Source: Saccostrea echinata (Eukaryota). Taken from it: DNA of 64,000 bases. Shown here piece by piece: positions 35,657 to 48,765 of the stretch. The notes below the pieces were generated by a model. It searched no databases. It saw only the letters and a list, made by a program, of their open reading frames with translations, and had not been told where the DNA came from. The translations under genes and the position numbers were made by a program. How positions within the stretch are numbered: position 1 is the first letter of the stretch; each line of letters begins with the position of its first letter. The DNA lies in assembly GCF_033153115.1 (NCBI RefSeq), contig NW_026889756.1, forward strand, positions 4,092,001 through 4,156,000, in the 5' to 3' direction.

Positions 35657-37594
35657 TTACAAATTAATAGTACAGTAATTGCATGTAAAATTGACTTCCA
35701 GCTTTCCACTTTGTTGCTCCCCCTCGGTTTTAATCTTTTTACAAGTTATTTTGTCCATCTCATCTCACGACGCCGATGGAATTTCCGCTTCTAACGCACC
35801 TGAAACTTCACGGAGCATTTCCGAGGAAGGTCTTTTGTATATCCGGACGCTTTCTATCGATGTGTCCAGTTCTAGTCATGATCTCTTGTTCCGGAATTCC
35901 GACTTGATACAGGGAGCTGGCACATACGTTTACCTGAGTGGTTCGTGAAGAATCCTGGAATATTAGCATCTGTGCACATATTCTTTAAAAGCCCAGATAA
36001 TTTGTTGACTCCTATCGGTTGCGAACTAAATTTTACTTTCCCATTTTCTCCGTTATATAGTGGTCGAAGATAAAAACGCTCTGAACCCTTTTCTTTCACA
36101 CAATCTATGTACAGCTTGTAGATCAAATAGAGACGATCGTTGGCGAAGTGATGTTTCAGTTCTTTGCTTGTAATGTGACGTGTCATCTTGCATGAGAAGA
36201 CTTCCTCCACTGAGTGAATTATGTATAAAGTTCAATGATTAAACATTAATTAATTAAGCAGTTATAGAAATATATTCCTGTTAATTTTTGTCGTCTTATT
36301 ATAATAATAATAACTTCTCAAAAAAAAAATTAATTCATCAGAACTTTATCAAAATTATCAACTTCTTAAAAGAAATTAATTCGTTTAAACTTTCTATCAA
36401 AATTATCAACTTCTTAAAAGAAATTTATTCATTTCAACTTTCTATCAAAATGATCAACTTCTTAAAAGAAATTAATTCATTTAAACTTTCTATCAAAATG
36501 ATCAACTTCTTAAAAGAAATTAATTCATTTAAACTTTCTATCAAAATTATCAATCAGAAAGTGCAAAATTTTACACTTTACATTGAATAAAACAAAGCTT
36601 TAATGGATTTTTTTTTCTTCAAAAATTTAAATGATATACGTGTACATCAATTACCACGTGCTTGCTGGCGATCAAGATAGGCGTCAAAAAATGTAGGCGT
36701 GTCTTATATTTTGTTGGATTGGCTGAATTGTTCAGTGAACAGCCAATGAAAAAAATTACTTTCACACCAGTCAAATGAACAAAATGTATAAATTTGTATA
36801 GAATAAAGCCTGACACGCACAGCACGTGATGTTTGCGTAAATGAGAATTTTACCAGCACATGTGAATTTTTACTCCGTAATTTTAAAGTAAAAAATACAC
36901 TATACCTTTACAAGTCTTGTTGGTCCTCCCAGAAAATTTGATAAACTTTCCTTCCTGGTCAGTTCCCAATTCAAATTGATCCACTGACAGCTGCCTGTGC
37001 TCGTCCACCGCATGCCGTCCAAATAATTTACAATTGCAAAGAAAACTGTGTTTATGATAGCTTTTGCAGTTTCGTTCCCTAGCAGTCCCAACTCCCACAG
37101 TTTATTTTCTGTTTCTAAGGTGATCGGCTCTGCCTGTTTAATATTTGACCCAACACCCTCAGCCGTCAACTGTGCCATCCTTACACTTAACTGTTTACGA
37201 AATTCATAAAAGTCGAAGTTCTTTTCGTCCAAAAAATTCAGATGGTTACCATTTTCACGCATGTGCCGGAGAAGACCAATGTTCAGTTATCATGTATAAA
37301 GACCGAGGACAGTACGGTGATCCATCTTTCTTCCGGGCTTCTATGACAAATTTTCCTAGCAAAGAGTTAATGTTTTCGGCAGTAAAAAGTGCAAGTTCCG
37401 GAATATCTGTTCCTTTTAAAGTCATTCTTGCTTTTCTCCATTCCATAAATACGGAAAGTGCCCTTTTGGTATTTTTTTCTCGTATTTTTGCTCCCTGTTG
37501 AAGTAATGAGTTCAGACACTTCGGAGTCCTCGACGAAAGCAAACCTTGCCGTCTCCTCTTTCTCACATTGGAATTTTTCCTCTAACTCGTCCAT
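35657..37594 (-). pseudogene. Crypton-type tyrosine recombinase (DUF3504, ZMYM/QRICH1/KCTD1-related), frameshifted, with one intron
   Basis: Overlapping ORF pieces join to give KFVIEARKKDGSPY, ENKLWELGLLG, DEHRQL, FYLRPL, PIGVNKL, FTNHSGKR, RTGH, VRIYKRPS, which include the YR-type HxxxR, H and Y catalytic motifs. Intron about 36905-36210; several frameshifts. Confidence 0.85.
36340..36555 (+). repeat. 48 bp minisatellite (~4.4 copies) in the Crypton intron
   Basis: aactttctatcaaaattatcaacttcttaaaagaaattaattcattta is repeated. Confidence 0.9.
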
Positions 37595-38085
37595 TACATT
37601 GTCAATTGTAAGAGGTTAATTCAGATCAAAATTGCCCATATCAAACACTGATAACTGACTCAAACTGAGTTCGCCAAATAAATATTCACATTCAATTTAT
37701 TTATTAAATAATATAAAAATAGTATTTTTCCAAGCGTTACAAAATCATCAATTAAATTAAAATCCCTACATTTTAAATTCGGAATGTAACATTTTTTAAA
37801 GAAGGGGAAAGGGGCGTTACATTTAAAAACAAAAAAAAATTGACTCATGAAAACTTTGACAAGCAAATAAAAAAAATAAACTTCTTTAACTCGAAAATCA
37901 TAAACTACTGGGGGTTGGGGGTTCCCCTCCTTAAACAGAAAAGGTGTGGAGTGGCATATCCGGCCTTTAAAACAAAATTTCCATAAAATCAATGAAAAAT
38001 ATACTATTTTACAAAAAGAGGGGTCACATAAATATACTATTTTACAAAAAATGGGGGTTGCATATTATTCTTACTTTTTTCAATA

Positions 38086-38291
38086 NNNNNNNNNNNNNNN
38101 NNNNNNNNNNNNNNNNNNNNNNNNNNNNNNNNNNNNNNNNNNNNNNNNNNNNNNNNNNNNNNNNNNNNNNNNNNNNNNNNNNNNNNNNNNNNNNNNNNNN
38201 NNNNNNNNNNNNNNNNNNNNNNNNNNNNNNNNNNNNNNNNNNNNNNNNNNNNNNNNNNNNNNNNNNNNNNNNNNNNNNNNNNNNNNNNNNN
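38086..38291. other. Assembly gap (206 N)
   Basis: Run of N. Confidence 1.
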
Positions 38292-39047
38292 TTCAGTTCT
38301 AATATAAATTATCTTTTATTTTTATTTTTTAAAAAAAGTGTTTAAACTTAAATGCATTTTATGAATTCCGTATAGATTTCTTTTTTTGTGAAATGAAAAT
38401 GAATTTCTGAAAAAAAAGCTCGTATATTTTTCTTGAGTTTAATTACAGAAAATAATTTAAAAAGATTGAAAATTAAGGTTTTGAATATAAATTTTCGAAA
38501 ATACTTCATCTCAACACGGCATCATATATTATATTATTATAATTTTTTTTTATTTTGACCATCTGCCTCCGTTAGCAAATGAAATGCAGAAAAAACAAGA
38601 TTTAAAATGATCTCCAATTTTTACACTTATTCTGATGTTTAAATATTAAATGCATCTTGACTTAAAAATTTATTCTGATAATGAGATTGTTGGTATCGAT
38701 CTCGATCTCATATGATTTCAAAATCAAGCTTCAGAAAACTTGAAATATAATAATAATGATTTTAAAACAAATAGCCAAAATTCTCAAATAATTTTTAAGA
38801 TTAATTCCTTGTTGAATCCACAGTATTCTAGATGCACAAACTCCTTTATTATTTTTTTTATATAAATTATTTCTTATACAATTGTATAAAAAAAATGATT
38901 GAAATATGATCAGGTTTCAAATTCATTTATATTGTTTTCACATTTTCAACTATTCAAAGAATTAAATTAAAACAAAATAATCTGTCTCTTTAAAATGCCT
39001 TTTCAGTGATCCAACGGTCATTTAAGTTAACTATGGTACAAGTCATT

Positions 39048-39178
39048 TACCCCATATAACATTGTTGATTATGTACAGATACCCAATGGGCGTGGTCATA
39101 ATGACACGAGGGAGTTACGGTCATTATGACCACGCCCATTGGGTATCTGCACATAATCAACAATATTATATGGGGTAA
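39048..39178. repeat. Long hairpin (~58 bp arms)
   Basis: ttaccccatataa...gtcataatgac mirrored by gtcattatgac...ttatatggggtaa. Confidence 0.85.
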
Positions 39179-39830
39179 CTACTACTTACAGTATAATATC
39201 ATTACCGCTTAGATAGGTATGTTTAAAGTGACTTACTATTATTACAGCTGAGTTAGGTATGTTTACAGTTATTGGGGCGTTCCCATTAAAAATCACAAAG
39301 TCAGAGACTGTCATATGTATTTGTATGGTATAAATACTGAAAATCACTTTTTATTAACGACTTTATTTTCGCGTTATTACTCGAGACTGTCTGCTCGCGA
39401 AAATTAAATTCTCGCGTTTATTTGAATCACTAAAGAATATATATTACAGTATCCAAATTTCACGAAAATTAGGTCTCGCGAAAATCTTGTGATCTACAGT
39501 TATTATGGAAGGAAACACACTCACACCATACCCATTTTCCTTTAATCAATAACACATACACATCTTATTTACATTTCATATAGCTGACAAGACAGTGATC
39601 TCTGTTTTACTGAATGTTCTAGTTGTTATGTAGTTTAAATGTCACTTTGTAATTGTTTTATAAATGTATATAGTTGTAAAATACTGTCTTAATAGATACA
39701 TGCTGCTTTTATTGACACTAATCATACGAGTTTCTTTAACCCGCTTTTAAAATTTGCTTGTCTCTACATGTTGCTTTCCTTTTAGTTTCAGTATTGAGGT
39801 TATATAAGTCTTATTTTGTTGTCTGTTATA

Positions 39831-40351
39831 CGAGGAATTATCAAAAAAAGTTCGTGGACTGATGCCATAAAATTAAAACCACTTTATTATATGTTCTCTG
39901 TATGGTAATATGACAGAGAAATACCGCTGCTGTATATATATTTGTGAGTACAAAAATTTTCATCGTTTGAAGTGTTTCGCCGACACTCTGTTACTCTTGG
40001 CACTGTTATCATTATGATCTACGGAGGTTTTAGAAATAGTTAGAGATCTATATTTGGGCTTTCTAGATAGTAATAATACTTCACGAAAACTGTGTAATTT
40101 AGGTTTTGACCCGATGTCGATTCCTTCGGAGAAGAAATTGCTGTCAAACGTCATAAAACTCGAAGGCAACATCGCCGGGTGATCTTATAATGCCTTTTGT
40201 ACTTAAAGAAAAATTGACAAACTATTAACGTATCAAGCTAAGATTTTCAAAACTTCTAAAACTTTTGTTGTTTAATGTTCGTTATTTTTTTTTAAAGCAC
40301 AGCCTACATAGTATTAATTTTATCGCATCAGTCCACGAACCTTTTGATACG
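39831..40351. mobile_element. Mariner-like MITE immediately 3' of the lectin stop codon
   Basis: TIR (ta)cgaggaattatcaaaa..gttcgtggactgatgc mirrored by gcatcagtccacgaaccttttgata; related copy at about 55154-55990. Confidence 0.75.
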
Positions 40352-40358
40352 TTATCCA

Positions 40359-43300
40359 CTATTGGTAAATTTCACAGATATAGGATGCGTTCTCTGCCCC
40401 GTCCACTGCGTTCAAGAGATTCGTTCCCTGGTTGGTGCGGATCTTAAGATCTGAGGCGCCTGTTGACGGCTCGTTCTGATCCCACTTAAAGTAAGGAATC
40501 GGGGTGTTATCATCATACAGAAATTGAGAACTAGCGTCTGCTCTCTGACCTTGTAAGTAAACAGTTTGTAATGTATTGGACGCTGAAATTATAAATCAAA
40601 ATTCAATTTAAGATTAAGTAGATCAATCAAAAGAATAAAGGATTACATTTCTTCTAATCTAACGACGTACAGATTTGATTGACAAGAAAGCTATATCTAT
40701 CATCGTTGTCCACTTTCAGCAGATGTCCGCTGTCAGCTTTACAGGCAGCGTCCGCTGCTGTCCACGTGTCTGGAGTAGTCACAACTTTATAGCAAACAGC
40801 TGCCGTCGAATCATATGTGTATCCAGAGGTTGTGCACCAGGCTCCTTTAACAAAACAAAGATTTTATTCCATTCAAACTGAAGAAATTTCGTTAAAGTTG
40901 CCAAGACAATGTAGCCCCACCTGGAATTACGGTTGTCGTAGCAATGACACTAGTTCCGGTTGTTGTTGCGGTTATTGTTACGGTTCCGGTCCCTGTCCCA
41001 GTTCCAGTCCCTGTTCCGGTTCCCGTTCCTCCAAGTGTGTACGCGGAAGCACTTGCTGCTTGAGACGCAGACGAAGACGACGACGACGACGAGGAAGAGA
41101 AAGGAGGAAATGAATCTGAGTTGACGGCGTAGGCCGCTACAGCAAGGATCCCTAACTGCCCCGGGGTCAGGTTGACTCCTCCAGCTGTGTGGGAAAGGAA
41201 AATCAAGAATATTCTAATGGATAATTTGTCAACATTATTTACATATATGTGTTCTTTCTTTAAAGCTCATAAGGGATAAGTTAGAATATTTTGAAGGTGA
41301 AAATGAGAAGAGAAACATACATAGCTTATATGAAGGAATGCAGCTTTCAATTTAAAGAAGTGCGTGCAGATGTGACCGCCTTTAGAAAATAGTCAGACAG
41401 ATGAAGGCTACTGATATATAATCAGATTAATCTAAACATTGAAAAGGATGATCGTATTCTATTCAAAGGATGTGGTTTAATAAACCAGATGTAAAATGAG
41501 GTGATATCAGTGTTGAATGATGAACAGACGCTTTTCTTGAGAGTGAGGAGTCATAGATGAGGGCAATGATTGGGGCTTAAAGGTTGATAGCTAGAAAGCA
41601 ATCAAAGAGACTTAAAGGTTGAAGAAAATGATTGTGGCTTAGACCGCGAAAGTAACAGTTATAGCTTAGAGGTTGGAGGAAACGAATGTGCAAAGATTTT
41701 GAAAGCAATGACTGTGGCTAAGAGGTCAAAGACATTGATTGTGGCTTTGAGATTGAAGGCAAAGATTGTGGTTTTCAGATCGAAGGCAACAATTTTGGCT
41801 CAAAGTACGAAGGGAATGATTATGTCCGGTACACTGAGGGCAGGTATTGCAGATAAGAGATTGGAGGCTTGGAGGATAAAGACAACGATTGTATCTTAAA
41901 GGTTAAGGACACTGATTTTGGCATAGGGATGACGACAATGTTGGTAGCTTGAAGGTTTAGGACAATGATTTTGGCATAGGGATGAAGACAATGGTGGTAG
42001 CTTGAAGGTTTAGGACAATGATTTTGCTTTCTAGGGTGAAGACAATGTTTGTAGCTTGAAGGATGAAGATAATTGCGGTAGCATAGAGGACGAAGACATC
42101 GATTGTGTAGCTTGGAGATAGATGAAATCATGGATTGTAGCTTGGAGACAAATGAAGACAATGGTTGTAGCTTGGAGATTGATGAGCATGCTCTTGAGTA
42201 TCAAATCAACTGAGAAAAATAAACCCCATATGCAGGTGATAAGTGTATATTGCAACAAAAGTAAGGGAAGATGACGATTGAAAAGTTGATGTCATCAAGT
42301 TTATCATAAAGCTTTGTTGTTTGGTTACCATTAACGTCTTTTTCGAGTAAAATATCCAAATATGAAAACAGAAGTGTCAGGCGCTGTGGTATCTATTATC
42401 TCAGGCTCACTGGGGTATATCGAGTCGACATATGAATGGAGTAATTATTGTTAATTGATAATACGTCGTTAATATATCTACATATCGAGCTGAAGGCAAC
42501 AGCAAGTGTTCTCTTCTTCCCGTGTATAAGATTTTGAATAAATTCTGCTTCATATGAATACAAAAAAGTCTACTAATAACAGAGCGCAATTGGTTCCCGT
42601 GGGAATTCCGGCAGATTGTTGGAAGACCTGGTCTCTAAAAAAAACAACATTTCGTTTCTCCATGTGCAATTTCTAACACAACTACAAATAGATAGGCGAT
42701 ATGGAATTTTTAAGTATTCAAAGCTGATTTATACCACTTCTCAAATATCTAGCTGTACCATACTCCTGAGGTTTCTCCTTCACTGCTGTTAATATTTTAG
42801 TGAGGAGTAAAGAAAGAGGCTTGGTGGAACTTTACTGGAACCCGCTATGTATTTTTGTTTGTAAGGATTTTATGAAGTTTAGGAATTCAGTATAGGTATG
42901 GTAATTCAAATTCATTTTGATTGTTGGGAATATTTAAAATATTCAAAACTGACGTATGATTTTGAAGAATTTCCCCCTTAGAAAGGAAAGATGAAGACAG
43001 TGATGACTTTGAGGATGAAAACAACAGCGGTGGCTTGGAGTATGAAGTCTCGTTATTATTTCATAGACGCCGAAAGTGTTTATCAATAAAATTATGACGT
43101 TAGCAAACTGTTTGATCCTAATAACCCCGCCCCCCATCCCCCATATATAGATATAGAGACAGATAAATAAATAAAAAAATTAAAAAAAATATAAAATCCA
43201 GGCAGTTATTCCTCAGGTCGCGTCCAGTGTACTGCTAAATCACAAAAAGCGAGAAGGCAGTTCTGTCACCTGAGAAAATGGCTGTATGAAAATATACACC

Positions 43301-43815
43301 TTTTCCTTATTTGTAGTTTTATCTCTGACAAAAACATTTGAAAATGTAGATATTTACAAATGAAGGCTACAATCCAGGAATTCACACAAATGTTAAAGGC
43401 TATGATATGAAAAGTGTATGTTCGATTTTGTGTATTTAGACAAAAGCATTAATATTCATAGATGAAGGTGTAATGTAGACATTGAACACTTACCATTCGG
43501 GCAATGATTAAGATGATAAAGAAAGTGGTATATCGGGTCAGAAAATACCCACAGATGAAGCTAATGATATGCATAATATATACTTACCGGTACCAAGAGG
43601 ACCGCGGCAAAGAGAGCCTGTAAGGAGTCGTTAGTGTTTTCTAGAGGTGATAGATGAAGCCTATATGATGTGTACATAGTATACTTACCGAAAAAAGCAA
43701 AGACTGGTACAAAAAGAGCAGCGGCCAAAAGAGCTTGGAGAGAGTCATTAGATTCAGCCAGAGGTAACAGCAAAAGAAGGATCCCCCAGTATAGCTGTAA
43801 GTACCCCACCCTCAT
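40359..43815 (-). CDS. Signal peptide + hydrophobic segment + Ser/(Gly-Thr)n linker + atypical C-type lectin-like domain
   Basis: Exons 43815-43689, 41184-40921, 40844-40671, 40582-40359, all joined by phase-1 introns. CTLD-like sequence WCTTSGYTYDSTAAVCYKVVTTPDTWTAADAACKADSGHLLKVD...YLQG...FKWDQNEPS...YICEIYQ*. The last two exons are absent from the supplied ORF track. Confidence 0.8.
41560..42190 (+). repeat. Degenerate short-unit minisatellite in lectin gene intron
   Basis: Recurring gaagacaatg(g/a)ttgt(a/g)gcttg(a/g)ag motif. Confidence 0.75.
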
Positions 43816-46800
43816 GTCACGTCGTTACAGGGGGGCTGTAAAAATGTAAAATAGATAATTAAATATCTGTAATAAACTGTTTATAGAATTAGCAAGCGAG
43901 GGGTGGAGGTGGAGTGGGGGTGGGGGGTTACCCCTGTATTTTTTTCAGTTAATATTATTCCAGGCTCTAACCGAAGCTAGAGATAAACCACACGAAATGA
44001 TTTAACGTAGTCTTTTGTATATCTTTAAGCTATGACTCCTCAAAGAGACGCAACATTTTCCATGTATGTGATAATGATTGCGATAAATAACTGTTCTTAT
44101 ACACGCCCTCCCCCTCAATGATAATTTTTGATCTGCTTTCATACGAACATTGTTATTAAACTAGCATACTTCGTGTGCCATATAAGCATTTTGCTTAAAA
44201 ATTTTTACTATGGGCGTTCACGCAACGATCTTTTTTTTATAGAGCATAGACTCTGAGGTTTTTATAAGATGCTCGGAAAACCAGTAGGATTATATTTATA
44301 GAACAACAAGATTAAGCTTTCTTATTAAATGAACCTTGCATTAATAAGTGAATGATGATATTTAAACAAGAAGATGTACACTTTTTTGGCAAAAATCAAA
44401 TTTGCACTAACTGCGCATGCCTTATGATAACCAAGCTTATAACTATAAAAAAAGTTCATGAAGCAAACAACATCTATTTAAATCGTTAGCCACATGTTTG
44501 GAAAATGGATGCTTATTTTTTAGCTTTCGTTATTTAATTTCTTTGTTTTAAAATTCTGCATGGTTGTAACAGACTGATACCAACACCAGTAAATGATATG
44601 AAAAATTAAAAAAAATATCTTTTTTTTCTTCCCTTATTTATTCTAATCGTTAATATATATAAATATATATGAATATTAATCAAGCAAAGTCAAATGCAAG
44701 TCTCATAAGGAATTGTAGCAATCGAAAAACCTCATTTAGTTTTATTGGCACAATTCTTTTAATTGTTTATTTTTTTTACTCGACAAGGTGCATTTTTTTT
44801 ACAGCTTGCATTGTGTTGTGTGTGATTAACGCTTATTTTCTATTAAAGTTATTTTTTTCTGCATGATTTTGGGAGGAACATGATTTTTGTTAATCATAAA
44901 TAAATTTACTGTGTGTTTTTCACCAGAAGCTATAGAAATAATAAGATCGTATTTTTTTCGCTATTTTCTTATTTCTCCTTTTTTTGTTTTTGAGGGTGAT
45001 GGTTGTGTCAATGGTGCATGATGGAGAATAAAATAAAATACAAGTAAATGATTAATTTCAAATAAAAGTGTAGGACACATCCTTGTTGATTGTTAACAAT
45101 TCAGTAATTTAAGCTAAAAACTTCAGTTTTCTTTTAATATTTTCTAATGGTCATTGAATATCATTTAAACAGGGAAAATATTAGATGAAATACAAGTGAT
45201 AATTTATACTTACCAATAATAATAATGAGTAATATGGTGTTCCTTTAAAGTAATTCAACACCATATACATTCACTTGAACACCCTCTTTAGCAGGGGGCG
45301 CTACTCTTGTCTCTCACATGTGCGTTATACCCGGTGACATCACTCATCAATCATTTAGCGGGTAATTATAATATGATGTATGATAATTGGATGATCATAA
45401 AAATATCACAGATCACATGACATCAGATGCATTACAAGGGTATTACAGGTATTTGATTCTTCTTTTCATAGCGATTGGAAAAATTAATACATATACCTGA
45501 ATGGAATATACCATATTCTTACAGTTGAAATATACGACGTGTAACTTAATTCCTAGAAAAAAAAAATATATCTTACCTATAGGTAATAATGTATAAGTAA
45601 TATATTTATATAAAAAAAATATTCTAGCCTAATAATGTTTCAACATTATTTTTTTTCTTTTGATTTATTTTCTTGTACTTTTTTCTCTTGTTTTAACCAT
45701 GTCCTGAATTCTTTTTCTTTAGCATTTAATTTCTACATTTTTATTATGCATTTTTAATCTGTAATTTGGTCTTATGTTTTACCTCTGACTTTTTCTCTTT
45801 TTTTTCTAAATCAAATTAAACTTTGTTTTAATGAGTAGATTTTTATACCTTATATTTATGTTAATATCCTTTACTTTATATTTATTTTAATATTATCCTT
45901 CACTTTATATTTGTGTTAATGTTATCCTTTACTTTATATTCCTGCATTCGGTATAATGTACCTTGAAATGTTGTTATTTGTATCTAATAAGGGTTTATCA
46001 AATAGAAATGATAAGGAGACGAGAGTATTAGATACATGTATACAACGTCTTAATTTTTAATGTAAAACACAAATTTATGAAAATTTTAATCTTAGTATGA
46101 TATCAAGACTGAATTGAAATATAACGGGGAAAACCTAATACATGTATTACCAAAATCTAAAAATAGTAACCAAATTTTAAAATTGATATTTGATATAATT
46201 ATATTTTTTAAACAAAAATCTATAAATACGTATATATCATAAATTCTTTAGTGAAACTACTTTTTTAATATGATTACTAGATTTATTTAACAATATGATA
46301 ATGTCATAATTTGATTTTTGTATACTAGTAATTGATATATAAATGTGGTAACTAAATTTGTGTAACTGATATCTTAATTGTAAAAAAAAAAAAAAAAAGA
46401 AAAAAAAAAATTAATTTGCTCTCCTATATATCGGATACTTTTTAAAATTTTTCATATAATTGTTTTTCATACGTAAATATGAAAAAAAAAATGTTTAAAT
46501 ATGAAGTTAATTTTTTAAAGATACTTTACATCAATTTGATTAAATTTACAAATGAATGATAGGAAATAAATTAAAAACAAGGACAAGAATGCATGAATGA
46601 ATAAATAAATATTTTCAACAGTAGTAAATTTTATATCAAAACTAGACATGAAGTATCATACCAATTGGTAAAATGCCAAATCGATTTTTCGTTTTGAAAA
46701 GCTGAAAAGCTGTAACTTTCTTGTTTAAAGCGTGCCTTTTTAAAAAGGTAAAAGTTTTGGAACTTGTGTCTAATCCCATTGACATATTGGCAATAAAAAT

Positions 46801-48549
46801 GTTCTATACAGACAAACGAAGGTGCCAATTCGTCAAAAAATGTGGCCTATAAGGAAAACGAAAATATAATAAATGAAATTAATTTGGTAAAAATATACCA
46901 GACTATGTGGAAAGGTTTTCCATTAAAATATCACAAACACATCTTTTCACGCAAACACTTATTAATTTTCATATCTTAAAATTTTTATATTTTGGAAATC
47001 ATACATAGTTTAAACTCAAATTAGGAATAACTAAAATTCTGCTTTTTAAGAAAAAAATATGATTGTTTTAATCATATTGGTAGGGAAGGTATAATTCTTT
47101 TTATATATTGACATTGAGCAGATTTGCGTTCAAATTCTTGGTCAGGGCGTTATACAATAATAATACTGATAAATATATTCAGCATTGAATTTTCTGCCAA
47201 AAAAACTGAAAGTATTATTGATTGCAATGTAATCTTTTTCTCTCTCAAGTGCATGACATATTAGAAATGTTAAAAATATGCATTGTTAGATATGTGTGTA
47301 ACGGGGTCAGTTTGAAAACATATTCCCTAATTTTAACCTAGATGACAAGTTGACAAAGCATAAACATTTTGAAAGATGGGATGTCCTTAAAAATAAGATT
47401 ACGGTTAAAAATATTCAAAGTTTGATATGCAGTTGCCATTTTATTTGAAAACCCATGCGGAATAATGCCTCTGTTACAGATAGATATATACTAGGGAACT
47501 TGTAGCCTTCTTTGTATGATTTTCAAAGTTATATTTACTCAAAGAAGCACCGATCATATTTTGAAGAAGTATTAAACAATTCATAATGTTGAAAATACTA
47601 GTACATATAAATAACATAGTCCCGTACATTTCACTATAATAAGTTACGCTAAGCTTTGTAAAAATGGCAAATCGAGAGTTTTTTTTCCCTTGTTTTTCGT
47701 TTTTCCCTAAACCTAACATTATTTTTTTAGTAGTGAGACTTTCTCAATTTTAAACAACTGGCGACTCTGACAATTGTAGTTCTGGACACACATTAACACC
47801 AAATTTGGACATTGTACACAATTTTTACAAAGTACTTCAAATGTTGCCGTTGTTGGCCCCACCTGAGCCACTCAGTCCATGGCACAGTCGATATACGTTA
47901 TAAATAATTACACAATTATTGCGAAATTGAAGAATATTTTATCGCGACCGATCATTGGCCGGAACACTGACCGCATAGGACAGCAGGTTCTCTGGTGGTC
48001 TGGCATCCCGAGACTCATATAAAGTCACCAAGAATCAGAAATATACTTAGTGCACTTAATAATTCATCCTAACACTATGTAAATTGACAGACATTATATG
48101 GAAAAACTTATCAATGTTCGAGAGGCAAAAGTGTGGTATTCTGATAATGATAAAAATTTTACATATACACGGTTTGCTAGATTCGTTTCTTTATTCATGC
48201 GGATCATGTTTTTACTCCCAAAAATTTACGAAACACTTTGATAAATTTATCAATTTGCTTTTCAGATAGCAGATTTAAGTTCTCCTTTTGGCTTTACTCA
48301 GGTCAATAATAGGCATCTTTCTGGTTGATTTCCTTTGTTTAAAACCATATCAAATGTTCACATTTTTGGAATGTTAAACATCAACGTAGGCTTTTTTTTT
48401 CTGCATCTGATCATTAATAAACCTTAAATCATTGAAGATAATTCGCAATTGTGATCATCTATGACAATTGCTTGTTTGTTGATTTTACTAGATTTTTCAC
48501 TCACGTAACAGATACCTGTGAAGTGCTTTACGCTGCACTTAAGGCTATT

Positions 48550-48765
48550 GGGCAGTGGGGGTTCTAAAACTTGACATAACACAAGGCTTCATGTTTCAAT
48601 TAAGGACCACAACTTTCACTTCAATGGTAATGAGCGCTTACTTAGATGAGGAAACAGCTGCTAACTATTTTTTTTCGACTTCGGATTGTCGCATCTAAGG
48701 TGTGAATCCATGACCTTCTAAAAGCAGAGCGAGCACTCTACAGATAAGCTACCATGCCGGTCGTT
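48550..48765 (-). mobile_element. Degenerate tRNA-headed SINE
   Basis: Minus strand accggcatggtagcttatctgtagagtgctcgct...ggattcacacc resembles a decayed tRNA head followed by a SINE body. Confidence 0.5.

Noticed and set aside
37946-38345. ORFs spanning the N run
   Set aside because: Artefact of the assembly gap.
40817-41113. Plus-strand Cys/Arg-rich ORF (protamine- or metallothionein-like)
   Set aside because: It is the antisense shadow of the Ser/Gly-Thr exon of the lectin gene.
42598-42612. NF-kB site in the lectin intron (gggaattcc)
   Set aside because: Imperfect match to the 10 bp consensus and expected by chance.
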